DNA of 64,000 bases. Source: Trichoplax adhaerens (Eukaryota; Animalia; Placozoa). Below the pieces are notes generated by a model. That model worked only from the letters and a program-made list of their open reading frames with translations, ran no database searches and was not told the origin of the DNA. Position numbers and translations under genes: made by a program. Of this stretch, positions 42,138-54,700 are shown piece by piece. The first letter of the stretch is position 1, and each line of letters starts with the position of its first letter. Where the stretch lies: NCBI RefSeq assembly GCF_000150275.1, contig NW_002060951.1, positions 2,304,297-2,368,296 of the forward strand, written 5' to 3'.

Positions 42138-44158
42138 TTAGCGAATTATATTTACAGATCCATCGTAATTTAACTTTTGTAACCCAATGGACTCATGACT
42201 GTTAGGAGCTATAAAGGTTGTATAGTCATAATCATTTTGAGCTAAATCTTGCATAACGGCTTCCAATTCCATCGAAAACTTATTCAGGTAACCATCGCTA
42301 GTAATATGTTCCCTCGGTACGTCATTTTTACTGTTAAAACTCTGTTGGTCTTCAGTGTGAAATAGTGATGTGAAATCGTCTGCGAAAGTATCGTCTTGTA
42401 GATATTCATTATTATCCAATCCAAACTATAAATAGAATAAAACCTCGAATAAGTGAGTATGAACTATTACAATCGTTGCAGATGTTGGTTATTGGTAAAA
42501 ATTTGAAATACATTGCACATTTGGCAATTATATTCTATAGAATTGTTTTAGCCTATCGTTAAAATGTAAGTGCAAATCATATCAGTTGCATATGCGAGCT
42601 TGTTTGTTTATGAATGTATAACACTGCCAGAATTTTTACTTTATGAAATATTACAATAGTTTCTCGTTCAGGATACAGCAAGACGATTGAGTGTGATAGA
42701 AATCTTCTACATACGTAATATCGAGGACGATAAACTAATAACTATAATATAGTTCTGATAAGTGTGTTATCGTCAATTAGTATAAATATAATTAAAAAAT
42801 TTGTAAAGTATTCTAGTTTACTTTTATACAGTTAATCACAGATTGCCATAAGAAGATATGCAAATTACAACGTACCTCAAATTCATTATAACTGACACAA
42901 GATACAGGTACAGAAGTAATGCCCTTTTCTGCTGCGGAGAAACGTAGAGCACTGCTGGCTCAGCAGGCATTTCAACAGGACCTGATAAATCTTTCGTGTC
43001 AATAAGGTCACATTGTTCTATATATTCTTGCATAGTTGCGAGGACTATTTCAGACTCGCTCTTTAAAGATGAGTTTTCTTGCGACAGTTGTTCAATTTTA
43101 ATTTTAAGCATATCATTTTCATTTCTTAGTTTTTGATTCTAGAAATAGTTAATTGTAATTTAGTAAACTGCCAAGTGGGTCCTGTCAATAATTCGTTATA
43201 GTAACTGTATTTCGTATAGCACACATACGCGTAACTAATCTAAGCAATTATGATGCAGTATGTAATGTACATCTCCATGCAGATCTCATATCAGGTGTAC
43301 TATAAGAAAGTAATTGTTTAACTTTTCAATATGATATATGCACATTAGATTTTAATGTTAAGACTTATGCTACGGTATTAACCTCTAAACATGGATAGTA
43401 TCTTAATGATGACTATCATCTTGTAATGTATGTACAGTACTATACATTACCTCATTTCGTAAAACATCTACATTCGATTCCAAATAATTCATTAGCTCCT
43501 TCTTTTTATCTCTAGCTGCCTGAGCTGCTATACGATTTTTAATTTTTCTGCAAACAAAAAAGATTCAATAAAATATGAAATCGTTTCCCATACAACAATG
43601 AGATTTTAGTTAAAAGTTATATACCACAGCACAACAAGAGCAGCTCCTGGCTGCTGTTTGATTTTTTTCTACAACGGCAATGTTTAACTTTTAGTTCAAT
43701 AACTTAATTAGCGTATTATATAGTGCAGAGTAATTAGGTTTTAACAGCTTTAATTGTATAGTAGATACAATATTTTAATTTGATGAACGCCAATGAAGAC
43801 TATACTGTACAGTAGAAATGATAATTATTATAATACATGACCTGTAACTGTACTGGTTACTAAATGCGCCTAAAATGATACAGAAATCTAGCGGTCTAAT
43901 ATCTTACTATACTGTACAGTACAGTACTGCATGATCGTTACATCACTAAGATGCACTATAACTACAGCGTCCAATACTACAATACATTGCCTGAATATAT
44001 ACTTCAAGATAGAAAATTCAATTTTACCGATTAAATCTTCTTTCTTCGGGTGTCAGGTTTGGATTGCGCTTTCTTTTCCTACGTACTGGTGAAGGTATAT
44101 CTTCAGAGTTGCATGACGAATTACATGTGTTACTATCTGAAAATCCTGAATCTTCCAT
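42138..44158 (-). CDS. XBP1: X-box binding protein 1 (bZIP). Exons 44158-44028, 43547-43451, 43138-42876, 42425-42138; the spliced form skips 42954-42935; the unspliced form stops at 42284
   Basis: RRKRKRNPNLTPEERRFNR|KIKNRIAAQAARDKKKELMNYLESNVDVLRNE|NQKLRNENDML is an XBP1-type basic region and zipper. An IRE1 dual hairpin follows, with an acidic tail in the shifted frame (DDTFADDFTSLF). Confidence 0.93.
42935..42954 (-). other. IRE1-cleaved unconventional intron (20 nt) of XBP1 mRNA
   Basis: Minus strand reads GAGC-CAG^CAGT-GCTC-TACG-TTTCT-CCG^CAGC-AGAAA: two stems, each with a 7-nt CNG^CNGN loop, enclosed by an outer AATGCCT/GGGCATT stem. Confidence 0.92.
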
Positions 44159-46095
44159 ATTGATTCTTCTTAAAAGCAGCTTTCCATTAACTAACAAAGT
44201 TCATAAGGAGTGCTGTCGGTAATGAGTTTAACTGATTGTGTATAAAACCGAAATACTGGCTATTAAGTTGTTAAGCTCTACAAAGTACTTAGACAGTCTT
44301 TGAGAAATTTCGGTGTTGCAGCTTCTATTTAAGTGTTTTTATCCAGCCCCAAAAAGGTTCTATTGCGTCATGCAAGTTACAAGTTATATAAAATGTACGC
44401 AGAAGTAAATAGTAAAGAGAATGGCATCATTGGCATATCGTATGTTTACTTCCATACACAGTATTGTACTGAATTCTATTTTTATTTTTTGCATCGTGTT
44501 TGAATTTGATTGGTTGATTGATTTCATTTACAGGGTAATGTACTGTACAGTACAGTACACCAGTAACAGTGCATTCTTAATGTTGTACTGTACACTGTAC
44601 AGTAGCAACGATTTGTCTACCCTCTATGAGAAAATGGCTATGCTGCGTCATACGTATGTGCGCATCCTCTGAATTTTATACGAATTCTAGTATAAAAATA
44701 AAACATTACATAATCTAGTCCTACTCTACAATCTACAGTACTGTACATGCGCGTAGGTAGGATGCAATAATGGGCGTGTCTGTTGTGTAGCAAGAGGAGC
44801 TGCCTTATAGCAGACATTGCTACTGTACTGTACTGAACAGTACTATACGGTATATCAACCAGTAAAAGCCCTCAAATATTTCTTTCTTTGCTCTATACAT
44901 TTTGCGAGAACACTTTACAAGTTGGTGACTGCAGGAAAAATCTTTAATTTAGGTAATAAATCAACCCTGTGAGTTAGCTTGTAATACCATAAGTAAGATA
45001 AGCCTAATCTCATCGTTTCCGTTTTTTAAATAATAGTATAATACTTCACCTAAATTACGATAAAAACCGTAGTATCGAATACGCATCCAGAATCTTTGAT
45101 TGCGGAAGTGCAGCTTTCTTTCTTTCGATATCACTTTAATGTCAGGCCGTACGAAAGCTTATGAATTTGAAGTCGATCGATAGAAGTTTGACATCATCCG
45201 CCTAATTTTAATACTCTACAGTTCTTTACATTGCGTAGTCATTATTACTATAACAGTCTAGTATCTGTTATGTATTATTCGTGTTATATTGCGACACTAG
45301 GTCAATCACGCTAGACAAGGTTAGACACGTCAAAGTGGCCTTAATAAACGCAAAATCGTCTTTTTATTCTGGATTACATTGCCGTTCGTGATATAGATAT
45401 ACAGAATCATCCATGTAGCAAGTTGCATACATAATAGTAACTAGTTAGACTATTTCGCTATGGACTAGTTAGGCCCATCAGATCAAAATTAGCTAAAAAA
45501 TGAGACGCCATGATCCGCGTCCGAAAAAGATACAGTGCTGTACCACTGTACAGTACAGAACAGAATACAGTATTACTGTTACTATACAGTAGAACAAAAC
45601 CACCGTTGCTAAGTTATAGTCTCAGCGGCAGGGACATTGTAATGCATTGATACGACAGGAATCTGTTAATATACAGCGTAATGAAGTAGGTGATATACTG
45701 TACTAGTAGTCGGCGTTGTTTTAATTGCATTATTTCAAGAAATGATTGATTTGTACGTATCTACAGGATATGACGTACTGTAGTTAGGCTGTTACACTAC
45801 GTCTGAATTTAAGCAATTTGTTCTTTGTTGCCAGCTACGGTATAAGCTCCTATATACTGTATACGCACGCACCGTAAGTTGCATTGCAGCATTTAGGTAC
45901 GGTAATTAATAGGTAATTGTGGACGACGTAGAACACGCTTAAAAGTAAAATGAGTACTGATTAAGGAGTTATTTGTAAATCTTTTGCTAACAGCGGTGTA
46001 TTTATGAGTATTCATGAGTAAATTGATTATATTTATCAGTAATAAATTGGCACTATAATTGAAGATGCATCTATATGATTCTGGGTTGTAGCAAA

Positions 46096-49000
46096 ATGAG
46101 TTCGAAAGGATCTTCACGCTCCTCTGAGGAAATGAACATCTTTCGTATTGCACCGTATTACTATATTCACGTCATGGATCTGAATACCAACGTGACGCGA
46201 GTAGTAAACGGACCAAAGACTTACATACGACAGGATAATGAGAAAGTAATTTTTGGACCGGAAAAGATGGTCACAGTACCTCCACGTCATTACTGCATTG
46301 TCGAGAGCCCTGTCGTACGTAATAAAGATGGCAATGTGGTTTTTGATACCTACGGGCAAGCTAAGCTACGACACGCAGATCTTGAAATTCGCTTTTCTCA
46401 AGAACCATTTCCGCTTTACCCTGGAGAAGTTTATAAACAAGCTCCCAAACCGCTTATGGTTGTCGCTGCGAACTCTGCTATTAGACTTAAAGCTATTTTA
46501 GATTTTGAAGAAGAGGGAACAAAAGTGAACCGTGTAGCCGGGGACGAATGGCTATTTGAAGGGCCAGGTATTTTTTTGGATGCATTGTCATGAAAATATT
46601 GATTTTTACATGACTGCACTGTTAATGAGAATGGACTTCTATTGACACTCAGGGACTTATATGCCAAGAAAGGAAGTAGAAGTAATCGAACCCGTTCGTG
46701 CTACTATAATTCAGCCGAATCAGGCAATCAAGCTGAGAGCTCGTAAACAAACTACGGTAACGTGTTTATACTTGATAGAATATCTTACATTGTAAAGAGA
46801 ACTATATTTTAGCTAATTAATAAGATATACGTAATTGATTAATCGTCAGGATCGAAACGGTGTCGAGCGCGTCACCGGTGAAGAATGGACGGTTAAAAAA
46901 GTGGGTGCTTACTTACCCGGTGCATATGAAGAAGTAATGGGAACATTAGATGCCTACGTCTTGACTGAAAAGGTGCTCGATACAGTTAAACTATGACGCT
47001 TTAAAAATGCAACATTCTGGCTACTCTACTGTATAATTATAATTGAGGCCTAGATCAAGCAAACTGTAGTGGATAGAGAACAAATCTTAAATTCGTTACC
47101 ACTGTTCATGATTATTATTTATACATTACTAGAAAGCACTTCACCTGCGTGCTATGCGCACTTTCCGTGATTGCTTCGACATAGAAAGAAAAAATGGTGA
47201 GGAATGGCTTGTTACCATGGTTGAATCTGAAGCTTATATACCTGATGTTTACGAAGAGGTCGTACTTACTTTGATTCATACGGAGTTGATATTTATTTTT
47301 TAAATTCTTCACCTCTATTGGCTATTTAAATAACGGAAAATTTCTTATTCATTAGGTTGTAGGAGTGGTAGATATCACTACCTTAACCAATCGACAGTAT
47401 GCAGTTATCCTAGATCCCGTCGGCGCCAACGGGAAACCACAACTTGGTCAAAAAAAGCTAATCAAAGTTAGTAACTTAATTAATATTGCATGTAAGATCA
47501 TAATGCAAAGCAAACGATCGGCATAGTTATTTAACTTTATATTAATACGCGTATTTGCTTTTTAGGGTGAAAAGTCGTTTTTCTTACAACCAAATGAACG
47601 CCTTGAGAGTGGAATTCAAAATGTGTATGTTCTTGGTGAAGATGAAGGATTGATACTTAAGGCTAAAGAAGAATTTCTTGATACAGAAGATAATAAGACC
47701 CCTCGTAAGCCTGGTGATAGGTGGATGATCCGTGGTCCTATGGAATATGTACCACCAGTTGAGGTTGACGTTGTATCGAAAAGGAAAGCTATTCCTCTGG
47801 ATGAAAATGAAGGTATTTATGTCCGCGACGTAAAATCAGGCAAGGTAATATTAGCATAGACTACATATTTTTATATCATTCTTGTATTCGTTATATAAAT
47901 ATCTTTGAACGTCGCTGCGATTTGGTAGCAAATTCTCGTATTACGCTTAGAGTAATTTAGTTTAAATATCCTACACTTATTTCGCTTGCTCGAAAAATGT
48001 TAGGTTAGGTCTATATGCGGCAAAACTTATATGCTTTCTCAAGATGAGGAATTATGGTCTAAAGAATTACCACCAACTGTCGAAGAGTTGTTAATTAGCA
48101 ATAAAGACCCACTTGCCGACAGAGGAAACTATGCAACCAAAACTTCTTCAGCTAAACGTGACAAAACTAAGGTTGTCACGTTCAGAGTGCCACATAATGC
48201 GGCGGTACAAATTTATGATTATAAGGAAAAAAAAGCGAGGTACCGTAATGCTTCGTATTTATATTGATATTAACTTCCGCCAATTAAAGCAATTGCATTC
48301 TTTATTACGTAATTTCTTGTTGTATATTTAGGGTAGTTCTTGGACCAGACTTGGTCATGCTCCGCCCCGACGAACAGTTTACGCAGATTAGCTTATCTGG
48401 TGGTAAACCGAAAAGACCTAACCAGATTAAATCCTTATGTCTTTTACTGGGGCCGGATTTCTGTACTGATGTGCTTACTATTGAAACAGCAGATCACGCC
48501 AGGCTGCAATTACAGTTGGCTTATAATTGGTAAATCAGTTAAATTTTCTGATTCATTATGTTACACGTTTAGAGAACGCGTTACTAAAGATTTAACAACG
48601 ATTGTAGGCATTTTGAAATATCTGATAAAACTCAAACTAGTTTAGCAAAGCTTTTTGCAGTCCCGGACTTTATTGGAGATGCTTGTAAAGCGATTGCATC
48701 AAGAATTCGAGGGGCAGTTGCCAGTGTACAATTTGATGATTTCCATAAGGTAATTTTTTTGCATGGGTGAACGTAAAACGTTATCAAAATTTTTAAGAAA
48801 TTAAGATTTAATGACTCGTGATACGTGATAGTAATTGTAAGCAATAACGAAATGTTATAGAATTCGGCAAAAATCATCTGTGCTGCAGTTTTTGGATACG
48901 ATAGCGATCGGAAGCTTGGTAGTCGTTTTATCTTTCCTGCTAATAACTTAGCAATTACAAGCATAGATATACAGTCTGCAGAACCAGTAGATCAAAGAAC

Positions 49001-49958
49001 CAGAGATGCCCTTCAAAAATCTGTACAGTTAGCTATTGAAATTACAACAAATTCCCAGGAGGCTGCAGCTAGGTATCCTCAGTAACGGCCAAACTTTGTA
49101 ACTTATTTAGAAGAAACTGATTAAAATCTCGTCTATATCAGGCATGAAGCTCAAAGACTCGAGCAGGAAGCGAAGGGTCGTTTGGAGCGGCAGAAGATAA
49201 GCGATGAGGCGGAAGCTGAGAGATCTAGGAAAAATCTCTTAGAATTACAGGCTCAAAGGTATTGAAAATACTACTAACCATTAGTAGAATGTTACAAAAT
49301 CTAACACACACTTTACTATAGCGCTGCTGTAGAGTCTAGTGGTCAAGCGAAAGCCGAGGCTCAGTCTAGAGCTGAAGCAGCTAGAATTGAGGGCGAAGCC
49401 GCAGTTGAACAAGCAAAACTCAAAGCCGAAGCCCTAAATATCGAAACGGTACTTATAGCATAATGCGATATACCACTAGTAATGTGAATATACGCGTATA
49501 CTGTAAAGCGAATACTTCACCTAGAATTAGATATCAAAATGACCATAATTTTTCTGGGATTAAAACTACAGACAGCTGAACTCGAACGTTTGACTCACGC
49601 TCGCGAAGCCGAAATTAAATACGTTAGAGAGCAAAATGAATTGGAAATTTCAAAATCCAAACAAACTGCTATTATCGAAGTCGAAAAATTCGGAAATATG
49701 GTTAAAAGTATTGGCTCTGAAACTCTACGTGCAATTGCAGTTGCTGGGCCAGAAAATCAGGTACTTTACAGGATTATTAGATTTTTAATTTAATGTCTTT
49801 AATTTTCCTACCCTCTTTCATAGGTTAAGCTTCTGCAGTCTCTTGGAATACAATCGACTCTGATTACTGATGGTTCTAACCCAATTAACCTTTTTAACAC
49901 TGCATCTGGATTAATCGGTGCAGTTGAACCGCCACTAAAGCGAGAAAAGCTACAGTAG
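46096..49958 (+). CDS. MVP: Major vault protein, multi-exon
   Basis: [147 protein letters not shown]; TAG 49956-49958. Confidence 0.97.
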
Positions 49959-51070
49959 CACTAAAAATTATTGGAAATACAAAGTCAGTAATTTCGTTGG
50001 AAATAGTTCGATTCGCCATTGTGAATCTACTCTTCATCTTGACTACTCATTAAATTGGCCTTCGGCGTTTAGACCTTGACTGGTTAATCTAAATATTTTA
50101 TTTGTATTATCAAACCTTAATGGAATTTATGTCACTGCTAGTACAGTACAGCATTAGAATGCTACTTTATTCCCTCAATTATTCTCTATACGTATATACA
50201 TTTTAAAACGCCTTTTCGCCAATAGTCAGTATACTTTAAATGATGTAGCTAAATAAGATGATTTCTTTATTCTTCATTACATAGTAACGTAAGAAAAAGT
50301 GCGATCTCTATTAGAAGATAATGTGCTGTGCTTAATATATAATTAGCAGATACGAATCTATCATAATTATAAAAGGACCTTTTGTAATAACCATGTAGAA
50401 GGTTTTATGATATATTTGATTTTAAAATATTTCTGATGTTAAAGCTTTCAATAGCAAATCTTATACCAATAACCATCTGATTATGGTAATTGCATATCAT
50501 TTACATTATGGCGTCAGTTAAAGCTAGTGATTGCACCCGGGGATACCTATCCGGGTTTTTTATCCGGCTAAATGGAGCTAGTAGTATTTTTCACCTATCG
50601 CTGAGTATCAAAGATCAAATCTGCACGTACGAAGAAAATCTCTTACCATAAAAGTCTGTGTTTTACTATAAGAACAGTAGCCCTTAGTAACACAAACAAG
50701 TCTTAAAGTCTTATTTTATTGTTATCTTTACAACTACGGTATACTGTACAGTACAGTACAGTATTCCGTTTCAAAGGCATACTGTACTGTACTGTGCAGT
50801 AAGTCGTTTTAATTTACAGTAGTTATAATCTTCCCGCAGCTATTATATATTCGTAATTATACTATATTATGTTGATTAAAGTTCTTGTCTACTTAAAAAT
50901 CTATAACCACTAATTTTAGTCGAATATTCAGTACAGTACAGTAGGCCAGGCCAACCCAGCTTGCAAAAACCTGGTACTACTGTACAGTACACTGTACAAT
51001 ATTCATCGCTGAAGCAGCTCTATCTATTCTCTTGCCTCTACTGAACCTAATACCAAGTTTCATAAAGTTT

Positions 51071-51117
51071 GATTAAGATTTAAACTACTGTACTGTATAG
51101 TAGTTTAAATCTTAATC
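51071..51117. repeat. 47-bp inverted repeat (19-bp perfect arms, 9-nt spacer)
   Basis: GATTAAGATTTAAACTACT-GTACTGTAT-AGTAGTTTAAATCTTAATC. Confidence 0.9.
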
Positions 51118-51310
51118 TGTACATATTGGGTGGAAAATCATTGTTTGGAGCTCTGCCCACTATGCCAAGGTGATAATAAAAAGTATAGTACATAATAAGC
51201 GTATTTGCAGCTTGACAAGTTCTAGCCTGCTGCTGCCTCAATGTACAAACCTTCGACAGGTGTAACTAGCACTAGCTTGGTTCGAGACGGAGGGACATTC
51301 GGCCGGCCTT

Positions 51311-51570
51311 CAGTACTGTACTGTACAGTGTACAGTACAAGAGACCAAAGACCGCGCCTGCATCTACAGTACAGTACTGTAGGTTTTATTGTGCTAGGCC
51401 GCCTAGGCGTACAGTACTGTACTGTACTGTACTGTAGACGTGACTCCCAGGCTAGTGAAATTTTTGTACTGTACCGCACAGTAAAAAAAGGTGTCCACTG
51501 TTGTACAGTAGAATACGATACTACTGAAGTAGTGTACACTGTAGTGACTGTACCATGTACTGTACAGTAC
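51311..51570. promoter_or_regulatory. TACAG/CTGTA-rich patch upstream of Mondo
   Basis: Pentamer mosaic just upstream of a probable 5' exon donor (AAG|GTAAAC near 51603). Confidence 0.5.
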
Positions 51571-51740
51571 ATATCCGATTCAGTCATCAGTTTAGGTCTC
51601 AAGGTAAACGGCGAAATCTAATCTTTCACTATTTATTTATGTCGTTGTACAGTATGTAGTTTATTCTTTCTGTTTTTATCGCGAAAACAGAAATAAATTT
51701 GATTAGCAAATCCGTTAGTAGGAATACGAAAATCTTACAG

Positions 51741-54700
51741 ATGGAACGAATTTTTAATACAAATTTGCGACCAGTAAACTCTAATAATGGCAACTTATCT
51801 TCTGGCTACAATTTTGCACGTTTTGGACAAATGCCGAAGCAATACAACTTTTTCAATCGCTATACTCTGTCCGATAAGGTTGCCGATGGTGATTCTTTAG
51901 CTCAATTACTCGACTGTTTGAGATTGGAATATAGGTATATTGTGATGTATATTCTAATCCAAATTATACCATTTCAAATACAGTATAAGGTATTAAAAAG
52001 ATTTCAAGGACAGCGCCTCAGTACATAATTTGCGGTACTGTACGTGTAGTAATAAGCAATTTTTGTAGTTTAGACAGTACTGTATACTGTACGTATGTCC
52101 CGAAAACTTCAGCATGTTCAGTACTTACAAAGGGGCACAGTTTCATAATTTACTGTACTGTATTCTATACCGTGGACCGACCGGTTAATTTATTCAGCTC
52201 GAAAAATTCATAGAAATATAACATCGACCAATTAATAATTTCCTAATTTTTTAGTTAATTATTAAACCTACAACTCTTTTCATTTTAGTTATTATTTAGG
52301 CAAATTTGATGTCTGAACGCATTCACTAGAACTGTACAGTACAGTACAGTGTACACTGCACAGTATAGCTGTATTTTAACCAGCACGCGAACTGTATCAT
52401 ACTGTGCTTCCTGCTGTACCGTATTGTACAGTACAGTGTTCACCTTATGATCACGTATTCAATGCACTAGTTGGTTGCCATGTCATAAACTGCAAGTGTT
52501 TTCCTTATAGTTAAGTACAGTAATTGCCATACACTAAGTATTTCAAAATTATTAATACGCAATTTGCTGTCACAAAATGAATTACTAGCCTAAAATTGCA
52601 ATGAATTATTATCATTAAAATATACGATGGCTTGTTTCTGACATTAGCCCCTTCTACAGTATATCGCAAATCCCCAGTTCTCCTATATTTAGTGATATTT
52701 AGACTAGTTAATGTAGACTGTACAATGTACAGTCTACATTCGTGGTACATTAATTAAGTTAAGTTAACGTTGTCGTGTAGCACATTTATAAACACAAAAT
52801 ATTAACATATCATGAAATCTTTATTATGGACTATTATCGACTGGTTTGAAACCCCTTTTTTCTTATATTAGTGACACCTTGCTAACTCCGAGATGGAAGA
52901 ACTTCAAAAGTCAAAATCTAAAATGGGAACAAAAACGGAGATTAAACAACATCATTTGGAGAGCCTGGCACATGCAATGTAAGTTGTATTAAAGTTAACC
53001 CTCTGATACTTACAACAGCGCAAAGTTCTTGCAATAATGTTCTTGTTTCATGCTATACAATTTTCAATAAATATTCAAAATTTTATGACTACATAATTAC
53101 AGTACGATTGTATCATAACCCGAGGTTATTCACTATTTATGCTGCAATCGTTAGATAGATTTATTGCGCTATACTGCTTCATTTTTTACGCGTATTAGTC
53201 ACTTTTGCCGTAACTTATCTTTATGTAAAAAAATGTCGTTAGCAATGTGTGAAATATCCAATATACTATTAAGTTCCAAGTAGTATACGAAGTGGTAGAT
53301 TCAAGACATGCCAACCGATAAAAGATAAAGAAGTACCTTATAGTACTAAGCTGCCATATATGCTGCGCTTCGTGAATCGTATCCAACAGTTTATAAATAT
53401 AATTAGAAGCTGCCAATGATCTTATTGATCTTTTGGATAATGTACATGAAGTTGTTGAACCTGTTTAATTGTAGAATCTTTAGTAAAAAGCCACAATCTG
53501 TGCGGTATTACATAATCTTGATAACAGTTTTTATGTTGGGACGGAAGAGAAGAGCACAGTATACTATCAGAAACGTATCTATCGTTGCGGTTTTGATGTG
53601 CTACGTTCGACATTACGACTAACAAGGTCTTCCTATTTAACAGTTCAAAAGCATCGTAACTTGCCATTCTGTAAATTTGCCATCCCTTTCCTTGAAAATA
53701 TGCACAATAAACCTCAGGTATTGACGTAATAAAAAGCTCTATATTTAAAGAATTAAAGTAAACCGTTGTATGGATAGCCATGACTACCAATCTATCCTAA
53801 TTTTAATAATTGATCACTGTATTACATCAAGCAATGACAGGAGCGTATCATAAATATTCTTAAATATTTTTCTACATGAAGGCAATCGTAGTAGAAGGTG
53901 AACATTGGCGTCGAAGGCTTGATGCCATTGCGTCAGAATATAAACGATGGAGATGTTATTTTGGGCAGGTACTTGTATGATCTAGTCGCTAGATTACGAA
54001 TCTTACCTCTAAAAATGAGATTTTTGTCTTTATTAGCTAATTGTAATTTTTGATCTTTTCGAAATTTAGACTGTTACACCTCCTGAAACAGAGACACAAG
54101 TCATTCTGGGAAATGTCTGTTATATTTTGTCTACATCATCATATAACGTTAAATCGATATCGTTTTATAGATTTTTACCTTATTGCTACGTTTTATGTGC
54201 TTCTATAGGATGATGAATTATCGCAACAACTGAATGATGCATCCAATAAATTGATCAAAGAACAATTGACAGGGTTAGTCAACTAAGATATTATTTTGTA
54301 AGCAATAGGTCTTGAAGCTGCTTCATAACTTGAATACCCCCGTTACTGCTGAGAATAATCATTTCAGTATTTTCATTGATAATCTTAATTAGGCCAGGGA
54401 ATGATAGCGAAATATTCCAAAATTCAGCAGATGGTAAGTGTCACAGCTGCAGATTAGAGGTAGTATAACAGCAGTAATTTATCGTAACGGGTATTCACTG
54501 CTAGTTATTGTAATTTTTAGATTTTTTTTCGTATTGAGTTGTAAGTCGAGTACTGATTTCGAATCTTTCATTACAGTTTTCATGTTACCAGATACGCTCT
54601 TTTCCAGTCTAGCACCTGTAGACGACTTCAATTCTACCGACGAAAGACTTATGGGTAAGAAAGTCTTCGGTAGTTATTATCATGAAGACGTAGCAAAAGA

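Noticed and set aside
49072-49141. Possible U12 intron in MVP (donor GTATCCTC)
   Set aside because: The donor deviates from GTATCCTT and there is no CCTTAAC-like branch point; probably U2.
53195-53790. Antisense and intronic ORFs within Mondo (e.g. 122 aa at 53422-53790, minus strand)
   Set aside because: No recognisable motifs; they overlap a real plus-strand exon (FQKHRNLPFCKFAIP) and are consistent with chance.
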